Shown: piece after piece, positions 29,812 through 38,768 of the stretch
How positions within the stretch are numbered: position 1 is the first letter of the stretch
How the letters are laid out: the number at the start of each line of letters is the position of its first letter
Source: a virus
Lineage: Duplodnaviria; Caudoviricetes
Virus record (IMG/VR): IMGVR_UViG_3300034072_001527
Coordinates: 1 to 50,872 of that record
Strand: one strand, 5' to 3'
Length of the DNA stretch: 50,872 nt
Notes under the pieces: generated by a model
What the model saw: only the letters and a program-made list of their open reading frames with translations
What the model was told of the DNA's origin: nothing
Database searches by the model: none
Program-made: the position numbers and the translations under genes

Positions 29812-31815
29812 TCACGCCGCGGCCTCCGCACCCAGCTCTTCCATCCACCGCCGCACCGCCGCCTTCTGGCTGGCTTCGGGCAGCTGCTCCTCGTCCAGGA
29901 CGTGATAGAGCGGCACCAGCACCGCCTTGAGGCCGGTTCGCCCGAATTTGATCTTGCGGCACTCCACCGCCTGCGGGAACCGCGCCAGCACGTCGCCATA
30001 GATCGGCGCCCACAGCGTGCCCTCCAGCAACTTTGAAAGCGGCTGATAATTGGCCGCCAGCGCCAGGAAGCCGGGCTCTTCGGGCTTGTAGCTTTCCGCC
30101 CCCCACCGCGCCGGCTTGGAAACCTTGCCGGCCGCGTCGCGCTCTTCGGGATAGAACCGCGCATTGACCAGCTTCAGCCCGATATTGGCCAGGCGATCGG
30201 CCGCGCGCTCATCGCCGGCGCGCTCGTCGCTCCCGGCAAACATCGGCGTCACGGCATAGTCCAGGGCGTCGCCAATCCAGCTTGACAGCGCCACCCGCTC
30301 GTCGCCGCCGCGCGCCTGCACCTGCCCGCCCAGCATGTGGTGCAGGCAGCGTGCATAGTCGGGCTCTTCCTGCGCGATTTCGCGCATCTTCTCCGGCCGG
30401 CAACGGTCCGCCCATTCCAGCACGGTTTCGAAATCGGGCAAGCCGTCGGCCGTGTCGTGATCATGGATCAGCACGTCGGCACAGGCCAGCAGCGTGCCAA
30501 ACTGGTCGCAGGCGCGGCCATCATGCCCGGCCTCGGCCAGCGCCTCGTGAAACTTGATCTTGGTCGCCTCGAGCCGGTGCCATCCGTCGATCATCCGCCG
30601 CAACAGCTTGCGGCCAAGCACGGGGAGATTGTAGCGCGCCAGATCCGGCGGCGCCGGCCATTCCTGCGGGAAGGGGCGCAGCTCGAGGATCGCAAGCCGG
30701 CTGCGGTCCTGCGGCTGCAGCGCCGGGATGTTGATGCTCGAGAAGAAAAATGCGCTGCGCAGCGTGAATTCGTGCGCGCTATGATCCTGTCCGCCGCGGT
30801 GCATCGGGCTGCCACTCGAGGCAACGCGCGCCAGCTCGACCACCTCGTTGACCTTGCGGTTATCGACGCTCGCCTCGAGCTCGTCGAACAGCACGGGCAC
30901 GGTCGCATTGGCCAGGCTCTGGCGGATCGCGGCCGCGCTGGCATTGCCGGTGCGGAACACGCCCTTGCCCAGCAGCAGCGCCAGCACGCCGTCGTCGCCG
31001 TTCAAGGTCGATTTGCCGGTGCCGCGCCCGCCGGTCAGCCAGGCATTGGGACGCCAGCGCAGCGCGCCGCCGATCATCGCCGCGCCGATCCAGCCCAGCA
31101 ACAGACGCGGATCCAGCAGCGGGCGCCGCCAGTTCCAGGTGCGCAGCAGGCCGGGCAATCCGTCGCGCCCGGGCGTGCCGGCGATCAGCAGCGCGGCCGC
31201 CTCGGGGCCGACCGGCTCGTGCCAGGGCCGGGGGATCGGATCGTCGCCGGGGTACACGTGATCAGCCAGCAGGCCGGGATCCTCCCACTTGAAATCGCGG
31301 ATCCGGCCCTCGATCGTGTGGTGGCTCGCCAGCAGCTTGTCGCCGCAATGCAGCACCAGCCCGCCATTGTCATGGCGGTGCGCGCCGCGGCCGCGCATCT
31401 TGCCGGCGGCGCTGAACACGCCCTTGCGCACGCATTCGCCGATCAGCGCGGCCGTGGCCTCGGCCTGGTCCCAGCCCACGATCTCGGCCGGGCGCTCGCG
31501 CGTCGGCTTGCTCCACTTGGGGAAATGCTCCTCGAGCCATTCCTCGCCGCCGAACAGCGCGACCACGCCGTTCTTGCCGTGGCGATTGTTCGCCTCGAGG
31601 CCGACCAGCTGCTTGTTGACGTCGAGGTAATAGCAGGTCTGCTTGCCGTCGACCGAGCTTTTGATCCCCAGCGGCTTCACCGGGCAATCGCGCGGGAAGG
31701 GCGGCCGGTCGCGGCCGCGGCGATCGGGCCGGGCCTCGCCGTCATCGGCAAGCCGCGGCGCCGGGACCGGATTGTCCAGCGCTTCCTTGATCGGTGTCAC
31801 GTCCGCCCCCGCCAT
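29812..31815 (-). CDS. Phage replication P-loop ATPase/helicase
   Basis: Walker A GGRGTGKST and Walker B VLFDELE; downstream of the primase. Confidence 0.8.
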   Translation of the reverse strand: MAGADVTPIKEALDNPVPAPRLADDGEARPDRRGRDRPPFPRDCPVKPLGIKSSVDGKQTCYYLDVNKQLVGLEANNRHGKNGVVALFGGEEWLEEHFPKWSKPTRERPAEIVGWDQAEATAALIGECVRKGVFSAAGKMRGRGAHRHDNGGLVLHCGDKLLASHHTIEGRIRDFKWEDPGLLADHVYPGDDPIPRPWHEPVGPEAAALLIAGTPGRDGLPGLLRTWNWRRPLLDPRLLLGWIGAAMIGGALRWRPNAWLTGGRGTGKSTLNGDDGVLALLLGKGVFRTGNASAAAIRQSLANATVPVLFDELEASVDNRKVNEVVELARVASSGSPMHRGGQDHSAHEFTLRSAFFFSSINIPALQPQDRSRLAILELRPFPQEWPAPPDLARYNLPVLGRKLLRRMIDGWHRLEATKIKFHEALAEAGHDGRACDQFGTLLACADVLIHDHDTADGLPDFETVLEWADRCRPEKMREIAQEEPDYARCLHHMLGGQVQARGGDERVALSSWIGDALDYAVTPMFAGSDERAGDERAADRLANIGLKLVNARFYPEERDAAGKVSKPARWGAESYKPEEPGFLALAANYQPLSKLLEGTLWAPIYGDVLARFPQAVECRKIKFGRTGLKAVLVPLYHVLDEEQLPEASQKAAVRRWMEELGAEAAA

Positions 31816-32315
31816 CAACCGGCCTTTCTCTTGTCATTGCTGCGCAGCGGGCAATCGCGCTCGATGCACTTGGCGCCGAACCACGCCGGCACAGGGCCGA
31901 AACCGCGGCCGCTCGATCGCGAACCGCATCGGCACATCACCTGGTTGCGCTTGGCTTCGGGGATCGGCGGCGGCTCCATCGGCGCCGGCCGCGGGCCGCG
32001 CCACCGCGCCGCCGTCTGCTCCATGCCGCTCGGCGCGTCGGCGATCGCGATCCGCTCGCCACAGAAAACAACACACGCTTGGCGGGCTTTCTCCGGATAC
32101 CTCACCGGCGGGACTACCACTCCCGCCGGCGCCGCGGGCCGGTTTGCAACGTGCGCGGGGGCTTGCGCTCCCGCCTTCTCCGCAGCCCGCCCATCGCAGC
32201 CGCGCGTGCGGTCGGCTGTTGGCTTACCCGCGGATGAAGTTTGTCGGCGAGCGGCCGCGCGCTCGGCCTTGCGCTTTTCGCGCTCGTAATCTGCCCAGGA
32301 CCAGGTGTAGCTCAT
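31815..32315 (-). CDS. Hypothetical basic protein with C-terminal Cys cluster
   Basis: Coupled to both neighbours; CRC...CIERDC. Confidence 0.55.
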   Translation of the reverse strand: MSYTWSWADYEREKRKAERAAARRQTSSAGKPTADRTRGCDGRAAEKAGAQAPAHVANRPAAPAGVVVPPVRYPEKARQACVVFCGERIAIADAPSGMEQTAARWRGPRPAPMEPPPIPEAKRNQVMCRCGSRSSGRGFGPVPAWFGAKCIERDCPLRSNDKRKAG

Positions 32316-33505
32316 GCCGCACGCTCCTGGCCATTTTTAGCCGGGCCTACCGCTGCGCTGCTTGAGGCCTCGCGCAGCGCCAGCACCCAGTCATTGATAT
32401 CCTTGACCGGCACTCCGCCGACCGCCTTGGGCGGCATCACGATCGAAACCTTCACCCCGCGCGCCTGCTGGCGGGCGATCGCGGTTTCCAGCGCGTCGCG
32501 CGCGGCCGGCTTGTCGTCGCGGTCGGCCACGATCACCAGGCTGCGCGCCTGACGGGGCAGCACGATCGCGCCGATATTGCCGAGATTGATCGAACAGATG
32601 ATCCGCGCTTCGGGCTTGATCATGCGGATCGCCACCGCGTCCTCCGGCCCTTCACAGACATAGATCGGCTCGCCCTCGGTCATGTCGCTCATGGGCTTGC
32701 CGCTCGATCCCTTGTTGATCGGGATGAAACCGCCCCACTGGTTGCCAAGCACCATCTTGGCCGGCGCGCCCGTCAGCTTGCGCCAGCGGCCTTGCCGGTC
32801 CTGCTGCAGGAAGATCCGGTGCGTGCCGATCTGGCGGCCTTCGGGCGTGACGATGCAGGCGACGATCGCCGGCAGCTTGATCTGCAAGCCGCCATGATAG
32901 ATCTCGGGATGGAACCGCAGCGAGCCGGGCCATTGCCCCGTCGATCCCGGCACCAGCCCGCGGCCGCGCAGATAGAAGTCGCCGCCGGTCCCGGCGATCG
33001 GCGCAGCCCCCAGCCACAGCTGGCGCGCGCGCTTGGCCTTGCGCTCGAATTCGTCGCGCTCGGCCGCGGCGCGCTCTTCGGCGCGGGCCTGCGCCTCGGC
33101 CGCGCGGCGCTGCTTTTCCTCCTGGGTCAGCTCGCGCCGCTCGCCGCTCACAGGCATTCCGAGCCGCCGCCGCGCTTCCTCGAAGGCGCCGCGCGCATCG
33201 AGCCCCAGCTTGAGCCGGAGCAGGTCGATCATGTCGCCCTTTTCCTCGCCGGGCGCGCAGTTGCCCGCGTCGCACCAGTGCCCGATCTTGGAACCGGACA
33301 GGTTCACCCAGGCGCTTTCGCTCGCGCCCGTGTCGGGGATCCCGGAAAACATCCACTTGTTGCCCGCCTTGCGCCCGTTCGGCAGCAACTCGGGCGCAAG
33401 GCTAGCGGCAAGCGCGTTGATCGCGTCGACCACCTGCGCGGTGTCGTCCAGATATCGCGTGCCTTGTCGGCCTACCGCTTCGCTACTTGAGGCCCGCCCG
33501 CTCAT
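32312..33505 (-). CDS. TOPRIM-domain DNA primase
   Basis: GDMIDL, YLRGRGL, GTHRIFL, VCEGPEDA, IVADRD and KDIND. Confidence 0.88.
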   Translation of the reverse strand: MSGRASSSEAVGRQGTRYLDDTAQVVDAINALAASLAPELLPNGRKAGNKWMFSGIPDTGASESAWVNLSGSKIGHWCDAGNCAPGEEKGDMIDLLRLKLGLDARGAFEEARRRLGMPVSGERRELTQEEKQRRAAEAQARAEERAAAERDEFERKAKRARQLWLGAAPIAGTGGDFYLRGRGLVPGSTGQWPGSLRFHPEIYHGGLQIKLPAIVACIVTPEGRQIGTHRIFLQQDRQGRWRKLTGAPAKMVLGNQWGGFIPINKGSSGKPMSDMTEGEPIYVCEGPEDAVAIRMIKPEARIICSINLGNIGAIVLPRQARSLVIVADRDDKPAARDALETAIARQQARGVKVSIVMPPKAVGGVPVKDINDWVLALREASSSAAVGPAKNGQERAA

Positions 33506-33666
33506 TCCGCGCCCTCGACCAGATCGGCAAGCCGCAACAGGTGCCCCGCCAGCTGGCGCGCGCCGGTCGGGTTCATCGTGAAGGTCTGGCTGTCGGTCGG
33601 CAGCGTCAGCTGCGCGGCGATCTCGCCAAACGTGCCCGAAGCGGTGATCTTGAGTTTCAGGCTCAT
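33502..33666 (-). CDS. Hypothetical 54-aa protein
   Basis: MSLKLKITASG...; ATGA-coupled at both ends. Confidence 0.55.
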   Translation of the reverse strand: MSLKLKITASGTFGEIAAQLTLPTDSQTFTMNPTGARQLAGHLLRLADLVEGAE

Positions 33667-33872
33667 GCCGGCGGCAATCCCCGCCGCTCGCGCACCAGCT
33701 TGGCATAGTCGAGCAGGCCCCGGGCAAGCTTCTCGGCCGCGTCGACGTCGAGCTCGTGCTCGATCATGTCGGCACCATCGGGCAGCGGCACCATCAGCAG
33801 CACGCGCCATTGCCCGTCGCTGCCCAGCTTGCCCACCACATGGGCGTGCGGCGTGAGGCGGGGCGCGCTCAT
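33663..33872 (-). CDS. Hypothetical protein
   Basis: MSAPRLTPHAHVVGKLG...; coupled to the downstream gene. Confidence 0.55.
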   Translation of the reverse strand: MSAPRLTPHAHVVGKLGSDGQWRVLLMVPLPDGADMIEHELDVDAAEKLARGLLDYAKLVRERRGLPPA

Positions 33873-33964
33873 CTGCCAATCCCTAAGAGTTTGCATTTAC
33901 AGGCCGTTAGGGATTGGACCCTAGGCATGACGCAATGAGGAAAACGCAATTGCATCGCCACGCC

Positions 33965-34180
33965 TCACGCTGCTTGCCGCGCTGCGAGGTTGGGCAAGGC
34001 ATAGAAATCGTTCGGCTGCACCGCCCCGCCGGTCAGCTCGAAGATCGCGATCATCGTCGCCGGGCCGGGCAGCCTTGTGCCGCTCTCGTAACGCGCGATC
34101 GAAACCGGGATCAGGCCCAGCTGGGAGGCGAGATCCTCTTGCGTCAATCCGGCGGTGCGACGCCAATCGGCCAGCTTCAC
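33965..34180 (-). CDS. Cro-like HTH regulator
   Basis: LTQEDLASQLG...IARYESGTRLP...TGGAVQPNDF; divergent from the repressor. Confidence 0.88.
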   Translation of the reverse strand: MKLADWRRTAGLTQEDLASQLGLIPVSIARYESGTRLPGPATMIAIFELTGGAVQPNDFYALPNLAARQAA

Positions 34181-34215
34181 GGTGTCACCTGTCCTGTTCT
34201 GGGACTACAATCGTT

Positions 34216-34268
34216 GCCAAATTGGATAGACAAAACATATCCGCTTTGGCAATACGCCAATATGGATA
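34216..34268. promoter_or_regulatory. Three operator sites TATCC-N4-TGGC between cro and cI
   Basis: 34216..34228 (minus), 34238..34250 (plus), 34256..34268 (minus). Confidence 0.75.
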
Positions 34269-34648
34269 AGCCACAGTCTGGCTATATTAGGTTGGTGAGC
34301 GACAATTCCGCACCCCCCAACCGGATCCGCGAACTGCGCGAAAAAATTGGCATGTCGCAGGCCGAGCTTGCGCGCCGTATTTCCATCACGGCCGGCGCGC
34401 TGCAGAAGGTCGAAGTCGGCTCGCGCAAGCTCGATCAGCAATGGATGCGCCGCATCGCGCCGGTGCTCGGCGTCACCCCGGCGGACCTGCTCCCAGCTGT
34501 GGATAACCCCTACGCGCTCAGCGAAGAGGAGCGCGCGATGATCGACCGGATGCGCGCGGCCGACCAGCGCGAGCGCCAGCAGCTCAACCAGCTCGCCGAC
34601 GTCGTCGTGCCCTGGAAACACAACCACCCCGAAAGCGACGCCGCTTGA
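34262..34648 (+). CDS. CI-like XRE repressor without a peptidase domain
   Basis: NRIRELREKIGMSQAELARRI...LQKVEVG...LGVTPADLL; about 128 aa, start could also be GTG at 34295. Confidence 0.88.
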   Translation: MDKPQSGYIRLVSDNSAPPNRIRELREKIGMSQAELARRISITAGALQKVEVGSRKLDQQWMRRIAPVLGVTPADLLPAVDNPYALSEEERAMIDRMRAADQRERQQLNQLADVVVPWKHNHPESDAA

Positions 34649-34842
34649 ACGAAGCGGACGCCGTGGCCTTGGGGCTGTGGTTTGGTTGCTTCGGTCCTGC
34701 CGCCTATATTGCGGCCAACCTGTGGCTGGACCGGGTCAACGCTTTCCCCCATGAACGCCAGCAATTGCAGAACTGCGTGGCAGCCTTGATTGGCCTGCCA
34801 ACCAGCCTTGCGATCACGCTGGCGTGGATCGCGCTGACCTAG
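34645..34842 (+). CDS. Small 2-TM membrane protein coupled to the repressor
   Basis: TTG start overlapping the repressor stop; two hydrophobic segments. Confidence 0.45.
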   Translation: MNEADAVALGLWFGCFGPAAYIAANLWLDRVNAFPHERQQLQNCVAALIGLPTSLAITLAWIALT

Positions 34843-34846
34843 GCCA

Positions 34847-34886
34847 TATCCAAACTGGCTTGACAGCATATCCATTCTGGCAATAT
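34847..34886 (+). promoter_or_regulatory. Early rightward promoter (TTGACA at 34860) flanked by two TATCC-N4-TGGC operators
   Basis: Operators at 34847..34859 and 34869..34881. Confidence 0.7.
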
Positions 34887-34918
34887 GAACCGCTCCGTAA
34901 CCACCCGGAGGCGTGTTC

Positions 34919-35278
34919 ATGTCTGTCGTTTCCCGACTGCTCGCACAGGATGACGAGCCCACCTGCACCCTGCACTGGATATGCCGCCAGCTCGGCCATG
35001 CCGGCACCGACGTGTCGAAGATCCGTTACGTCGAAGGCCTGATCGCCAATCTCGGTTTTCCGCGGCCGCTGCCGCACCTGGCGCACGGCGGCCGGATCTC
35101 CGGCGATATCCATGCCCAGCGCAGCCGCTGGATCCGCCGCGGCGTCGAAGTCTGGATGGGCGACTATCTGCCCCCCGCCGCCGCCGCCGCGCTCGCCGAT
35201 GAAGCCGCGCACGAAGCCGCCGAGGAAATGGACCGCAACGCCTGCCACCTGCAGCTTGTCGGGGGGCTCGAGGCATGA
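34919..35278 (+). CDS. Hypothetical early protein
   Basis: GGAGG RBS; first gene after the operator-controlled promoter. Confidence 0.65.
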   Translation: MSVVSRLLAQDDEPTCTLHWICRQLGHAGTDVSKIRYVEGLIANLGFPRPLPHLAHGGRISGDIHAQRSRWIRRGVEVWMGDYLPPAAAAALADEAAHEAAEEMDRNACHLQLVGGLEA

Positions 35279-35442
35279 CCCCGCGCCAGCTGCTTCGCCT
35301 TGCCGCGCGGATCGAGCACGCGCTCGAATATGTCACCGCCGCGATCTTCGGCATTGGCATCGCGCTGCTGCTGAACGTGGCGATCGACGCCGCCGTGCAG
35401 CTCGCCGCGCCAGCGCCGGCCGTGCTCGGAGCCAATCCGTGA
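35275..35442 (+). CDS. 55-aa membrane protein
   Basis: MTPRQLLRLAARIEHALEYVTAAIFGIGIALLL...; ATGA and GTGA overlaps. Confidence 0.55.
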   Translation: MTPRQLLRLAARIEHALEYVTAAIFGIGIALLLNVAIDAAVQLAAPAPAVLGANP

Positions 35443-35927
35443 CCGCGCCCGCGATCTTTGCCCATCCCGTACTTCCTCTCGACGGCCTCGACCCGGCGGA
35501 TCGCCCCACGAAATCCGCGGCCGTCGAGGGGGAGACTTTCCAAGCTTCACCGCAATACCGTCGCCTGTTTGGAATGGTCCCTCCTCACCAGGCGATGGCC
35601 CCGCCCGTCGATTGCATTCGCGACGGGCCGCCTGCTTCCCTGCCTGCAACTTGCGACCCATCGCAGGCAGGGGAGCTTTTTCTTTCGCAGGCCCTGCTTG
35701 ACGTCGCCCGGCTACGCGCGCGCCATGCCGAAAAGGGCCACACGCCCGAAGGCGATGCTGCGCACGGTTGGGTCTATTTCAAACGCATATCCGACCAGGC
35801 CTTCCGCGATGGCGTCATGGCTCGCTGCCCGGTCAAGCGCCGCAACCGCCTGATCACCGCCGTCGCCATCCTCGTGGCGCTGATCGATTGTGAAGATTTT
35901 TCCGCACAACAACGGAGCTCCGAATGA
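35439..35927 (+). CDS. Hypothetical protein
   Basis: GTG start overlapping the previous stop. Confidence 0.5.
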   Translation: MTAPAIFAHPVLPLDGLDPADRPTKSAAVEGETFQASPQYRRLFGMVPPHQAMAPPVDCIRDGPPASLPATCDPSQAGELFLSQALLDVARLRARHAEKGHTPEGDAAHGWVYFKRISDQAFRDGVMARCPVKRRNRLITAVAILVALIDCEDFSAQQRSSE

Positions 35928-36136
35928 ACAATCCCATGCCTTTCAACGAGCGCGATTTGCCCTCAAGCAGCGAAGCGGTAGGGCTCAAGGAATTGCCGGA
36001 GTGGCTGCAGCGCGAGGCCGACGCGATCACTGCGCAGCGCAACCGCGACCAGCGCCTCGTCGTCGCCGCCGCGGCGGCCGTCCTCGCCGCCGGGATCCTC
36101 GCGATCCTGTGGCTCGCCGGAGTGATCGGGGCATGA
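35924..36136 (+). CDS. Small protein with C-terminal TM helix
   Basis: GGAG RBS; coupled at both ends. Confidence 0.6.
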   Translation: MNNPMPFNERDLPSSSEAVGLKELPEWLQREADAITAQRNRDQRLVVAAAAAVLAAGILAILWLAGVIGA

Positions 36137-36396
36137 GCGGTCCCGGACACAATAGCGGCGACACCGCCGCCAGCGACGATCGCCTGCGCTTGCTGATCGA
36201 GCGCATCGAACGCCTCGAAGAGGAAAAGCAGGGCATCGCCGATGATATCCGCGACGTCTATTCCGAGGCCAAGGCGGTTGGCTACGACGCCAAGATCATG
36301 CGCCAGATCGTCCGCCTGCGGAAAATGCGCCCTGACGATCGCCGCGAACAGGAAATGGTGCTCGACACCTACAAGGCCGCGTTGGGCCTCGACTGA
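36133..36396 (+). CDS. gapR: GapR/DUF2312 nucleoid-associated DNA-binding protein
   Basis: [47 protein letters not shown]...LDTYKAALG. Confidence 0.92.
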   Translation: MSGPGHNSGDTAASDDRLRLLIERIERLEEEKQGIADDIRDVYSEAKAVGYDAKIMRQIVRLRKMRPDDRREQEMVLDTYKAALGLD

Positions 36397-36524
36397 TGCG
36401 CCGCCGTCCGCACCGCCTCGACTGGGTAAACCTTGCCACCTGGGCGCTGATCGGCACCTGCACGCTGATCGTGTGGGGTCTGGCCGGGCTCGGCGCGGCG
36501 TGGCTGCTCGGGTGGCTGGCATGA
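36396..36524 (+). CDS. 42-aa membrane peptide
   Basis: [42 protein letters not shown]; TGATG and ATGA coupling. Confidence 0.5.
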   Translation: MRRRPHRLDWVNLATWALIGTCTLIVWGLAGLGAAWLLGWLA

Positions 36525-36754
36525 GCGCCTTCCACCGCGACGGGATCAACACCACCGAGCGCGAGATCCTCGACCTGTGGGACGCGGACCTGTCCGCCCA
36601 GGCCATCGCCCGCCGCCTCGGCCGCTCCCCGCGCTTCGTCGCCACCACGCTATCGCGCCTGCTCGAAGGCAACGAAACCCGCCTGCACGTCGCCGCGATG
36701 CGCTCCGGCAGCAACGCCCTGCTCGCCGCGATGAAGGAGGCCCGCCATGTCTGA
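36521..36754 (+). CDS. Small HTH protein
   Basis: EILDLWDADLSAQAIARRLGRS. Confidence 0.65.
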   Translation: MSAFHRDGINTTEREILDLWDADLSAQAIARRLGRSPRFVATTLSRLLEGNETRLHVAAMRSGSNALLAAMKEARHV

Positions 36755-37082
36755 CTTTATCGAAACCGGCCTGCGCTTCGGCGCCGAACGCAGCTATTTC
36801 ACCGGGCACGTCAACCTGTACATGCTCAAGCTGTCCGAGGCCGGCCGCCACGCCGCCGCGCCGATCGACTTCACGATCGACGTCCGCGACCCTGGTAAGC
36901 TCACGGCCCCCACGCTCTCGCTGACCGACTTCGAGGCGCAGCAGCTGATCGACGCGCTGTGGAGCGCCGGCCTGCGCCCCGCCGGAGCGAAGCAATCACA
37001 AGGCGCCTACGACGCACAGAGCCGCCACCTCGAGGACATGCGCGCCCTCGCCTTCCACCACGCCAAGGTCGAACGGCCATGA
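36747..37082 (+). CDS. Hypothetical protein
   Basis: AAGGAGG RBS. Confidence 0.7.
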   Translation: MSDFIETGLRFGAERSYFTGHVNLYMLKLSEAGRHAAAPIDFTIDVRDPGKLTAPTLSLTDFEAQQLIDALWSAGLRPAGAKQSQGAYDAQSRHLEDMRALAFHHAKVERP

Positions 37083-37411
37083 AGCTCGATCCCTACAAGC
37101 ATATCGGCCGCCCCGACAGCTGGGGCGCATTCGGTGACGGCGAGCACGATGAAATCGCCGACGCGGAGCGCAGGGCCCTTGCCGAGTATTTTGCCGGCCG
37201 GGTGATGCAAGCGGGCCTGCAAGGCATCCCTCACCAGGAATTCATGGTCAGTCTGATCGTGGGGGCACTGGTCGCAAACTGCGGACTGTTCATGGCTGGC
37301 CGGGGTGTCGACAATCTTTCCGATGATGCTTTCGAGCATTGGATCGGCATGGTTACTTTCTCATGGCATCAGGCCTTGGAGTGCTTTTCGCCGGGCGCTG
37401 GGAAGGCATGA
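37079..37411 (+). CDS. Hypothetical protein
   Basis: MKLDPYKHIG...; ATGA coupling. Confidence 0.55.
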   Translation: MKLDPYKHIGRPDSWGAFGDGEHDEIADAERRALAEYFAGRVMQAGLQGIPHQEFMVSLIVGALVANCGLFMAGRGVDNLSDDAFEHWIGMVTFSWHQALECFSPGAGKA

Positions 37412-37944
37412 ACCTTCACCCCTCCCATCCCGCGATCACCGCCGCGCACGTCGTCGCCGAATGCGCGCGCGAGCTCGAACAGCGCCGCCGCTTCTATCCG
37501 CGTCGGATCGAACAGGCCCGTATGAGCGAGGGCGAGGCCGCCGCCCAGCTCGCCCTGTGCGAGGCATGGCTCGAGGACGCGCGCCGGATCGAGGCGAGCG
37601 ATTACACCCCGGCGCTGCCCGCCCCGGCGCAGCATGGCCTAAGCTGGACGGCCCGCCGCCAGGGCCTGCAGCGCGAGCTCGGCTTCCGCGCCCGGATCTA
37701 CCCCGCGCGCATCGCCGAATGCCGGATGACGCAGGCCGAGGCCGCGCACCGCACCGCCTGCCTCGAGGCGCTGCTCGCGCGCTACGACGACGGCTTCGAC
37801 TGGCTGGCCAGCAACGGCCGCCGTCCGCAATTCGGCCTGGTCACGGTCGGCCCTGATATCGAACAGGCCCGCCGCGAATGGGACGAACACACCGCCGCGC
37901 TTGCCGCGGCCGCAACACCACCCCAGCAACAGGAGCTGATTTGA
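37408..37944 (+). CDS. Hypothetical protein with an internally duplicated domain
   Basis: RELEQRRRFYPRRIEQARMSEGEA and RELGFRARIYPARIAECRMTQAEA. Confidence 0.7.
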   Translation: MNLHPSHPAITAAHVVAECARELEQRRRFYPRRIEQARMSEGEAAAQLALCEAWLEDARRIEASDYTPALPAPAQHGLSWTARRQGLQRELGFRARIYPARIAECRMTQAEAAHRTACLEALLARYDDGFDWLASNGRRPQFGLVTVGPDIEQARREWDEHTAALAAAATPPQQQELI

Positions 37945-38246
37945 TGGACGAACAAGGAATGGACTTCGGGCAGGCAATCCGCCTGCTCAAGCAGGGCAAG
38001 CGCGTGGCTCGTGTAGGCTGGAATGGGAAGGGCATGTATCTTTGGCTGCTGCCCGCAGCGACCGTGAAGGCCGAGTGGTGCCGTGAAGAGCATCTGCGCG
38101 CGGTTGCCGAAGCAAACGGCGGTGAGATTGAGGCGCTCGGATCGATCCGCATGATGACCGCCGACAAGAAGGTTCTCACCGGGTGGCTGGCGTCGCAGAC
38201 GGATATGCTGGCCGAGGACTGGGTCGAGGTTTGCGAGCCGGACTGA
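37944..38246 (+). CDS. DUF2829 / Tad2-like anti-defence sponge protein
   Basis: MDFGQAIRLLKQGKRVARVGWNGKGMYL...GWLASQTDMLAEDW. Confidence 0.85.
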   Translation: MDEQGMDFGQAIRLLKQGKRVARVGWNGKGMYLWLLPAATVKAEWCREEHLRAVAEANGGEIEALGSIRMMTADKKVLTGWLASQTDMLAEDWVEVCEPD

Positions 38247-38447
38247 CACCTGTGTGATCATTTTGACGGAGCAGCCTATGGACCCATCCCGATAACCGAA
38301 CACTGTCCCGAAGCGGCGCGGGCGGGGATGACCGTCCTCTCTCTCCCCCCTCCAAGGCACCTTGCCCGCGCCGCCTCACCCGATTACCTTACCTTCGCCG
38401 CCGACAATCCGGTCGCGGCACGCTCGAGATCCGACCAGGAGCGATCA

Positions 38448-38768
38448 ATGTCGAAACCCATCCCCACCGATCCCGATATCCAGCGCACCCGCTTTGCCGA
38501 GGCGGTCGAGCTGCTCGGCGGTTTCCGCGCCACCGCGCGCCTGCTCGACGTCAGCGAGCACACCATCCGCGCCCTGGTCAAAGGCCAGCGCCGCCTGCAC
38601 GACGGCTTCCTGCGCGATATCGCCGCCGCTCTGATCACCCATGCCGACCAGTGCCGCGCGCTCGAGCGCAGGATCTCGCCCGCCTTCGCCGGCAACCTTA
38701 CCGCTGACCAGCTCGCCCGCCCGCCGCACCCCAACCGCTATGACCGGAAGGACCGGAACGATGGCTAG
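38448..38768 (+). CDS. HTH protein upstream of the integrase (possible excisionase or regulator)
   Basis: LGGFRATARLLDVSEHTIRALVKG; AGGAG RBS. Confidence 0.6.
   Translation: MSKPIPTDPDIQRTRFAEAVELLGGFRATARLLDVSEHTIRALVKGQRRLHDGFLRDIAAALITHADQCRALERRISPAFAGNLTADQLARPPHPNRYDRKDRNDG

Noticed and set aside
26825-30106. 1093-aa minus-strand ORF
   Set aside because: Shadow of ardC and its neighbours in GC-rich DNA; it runs through the origin repeats and has no recognisable motifs.
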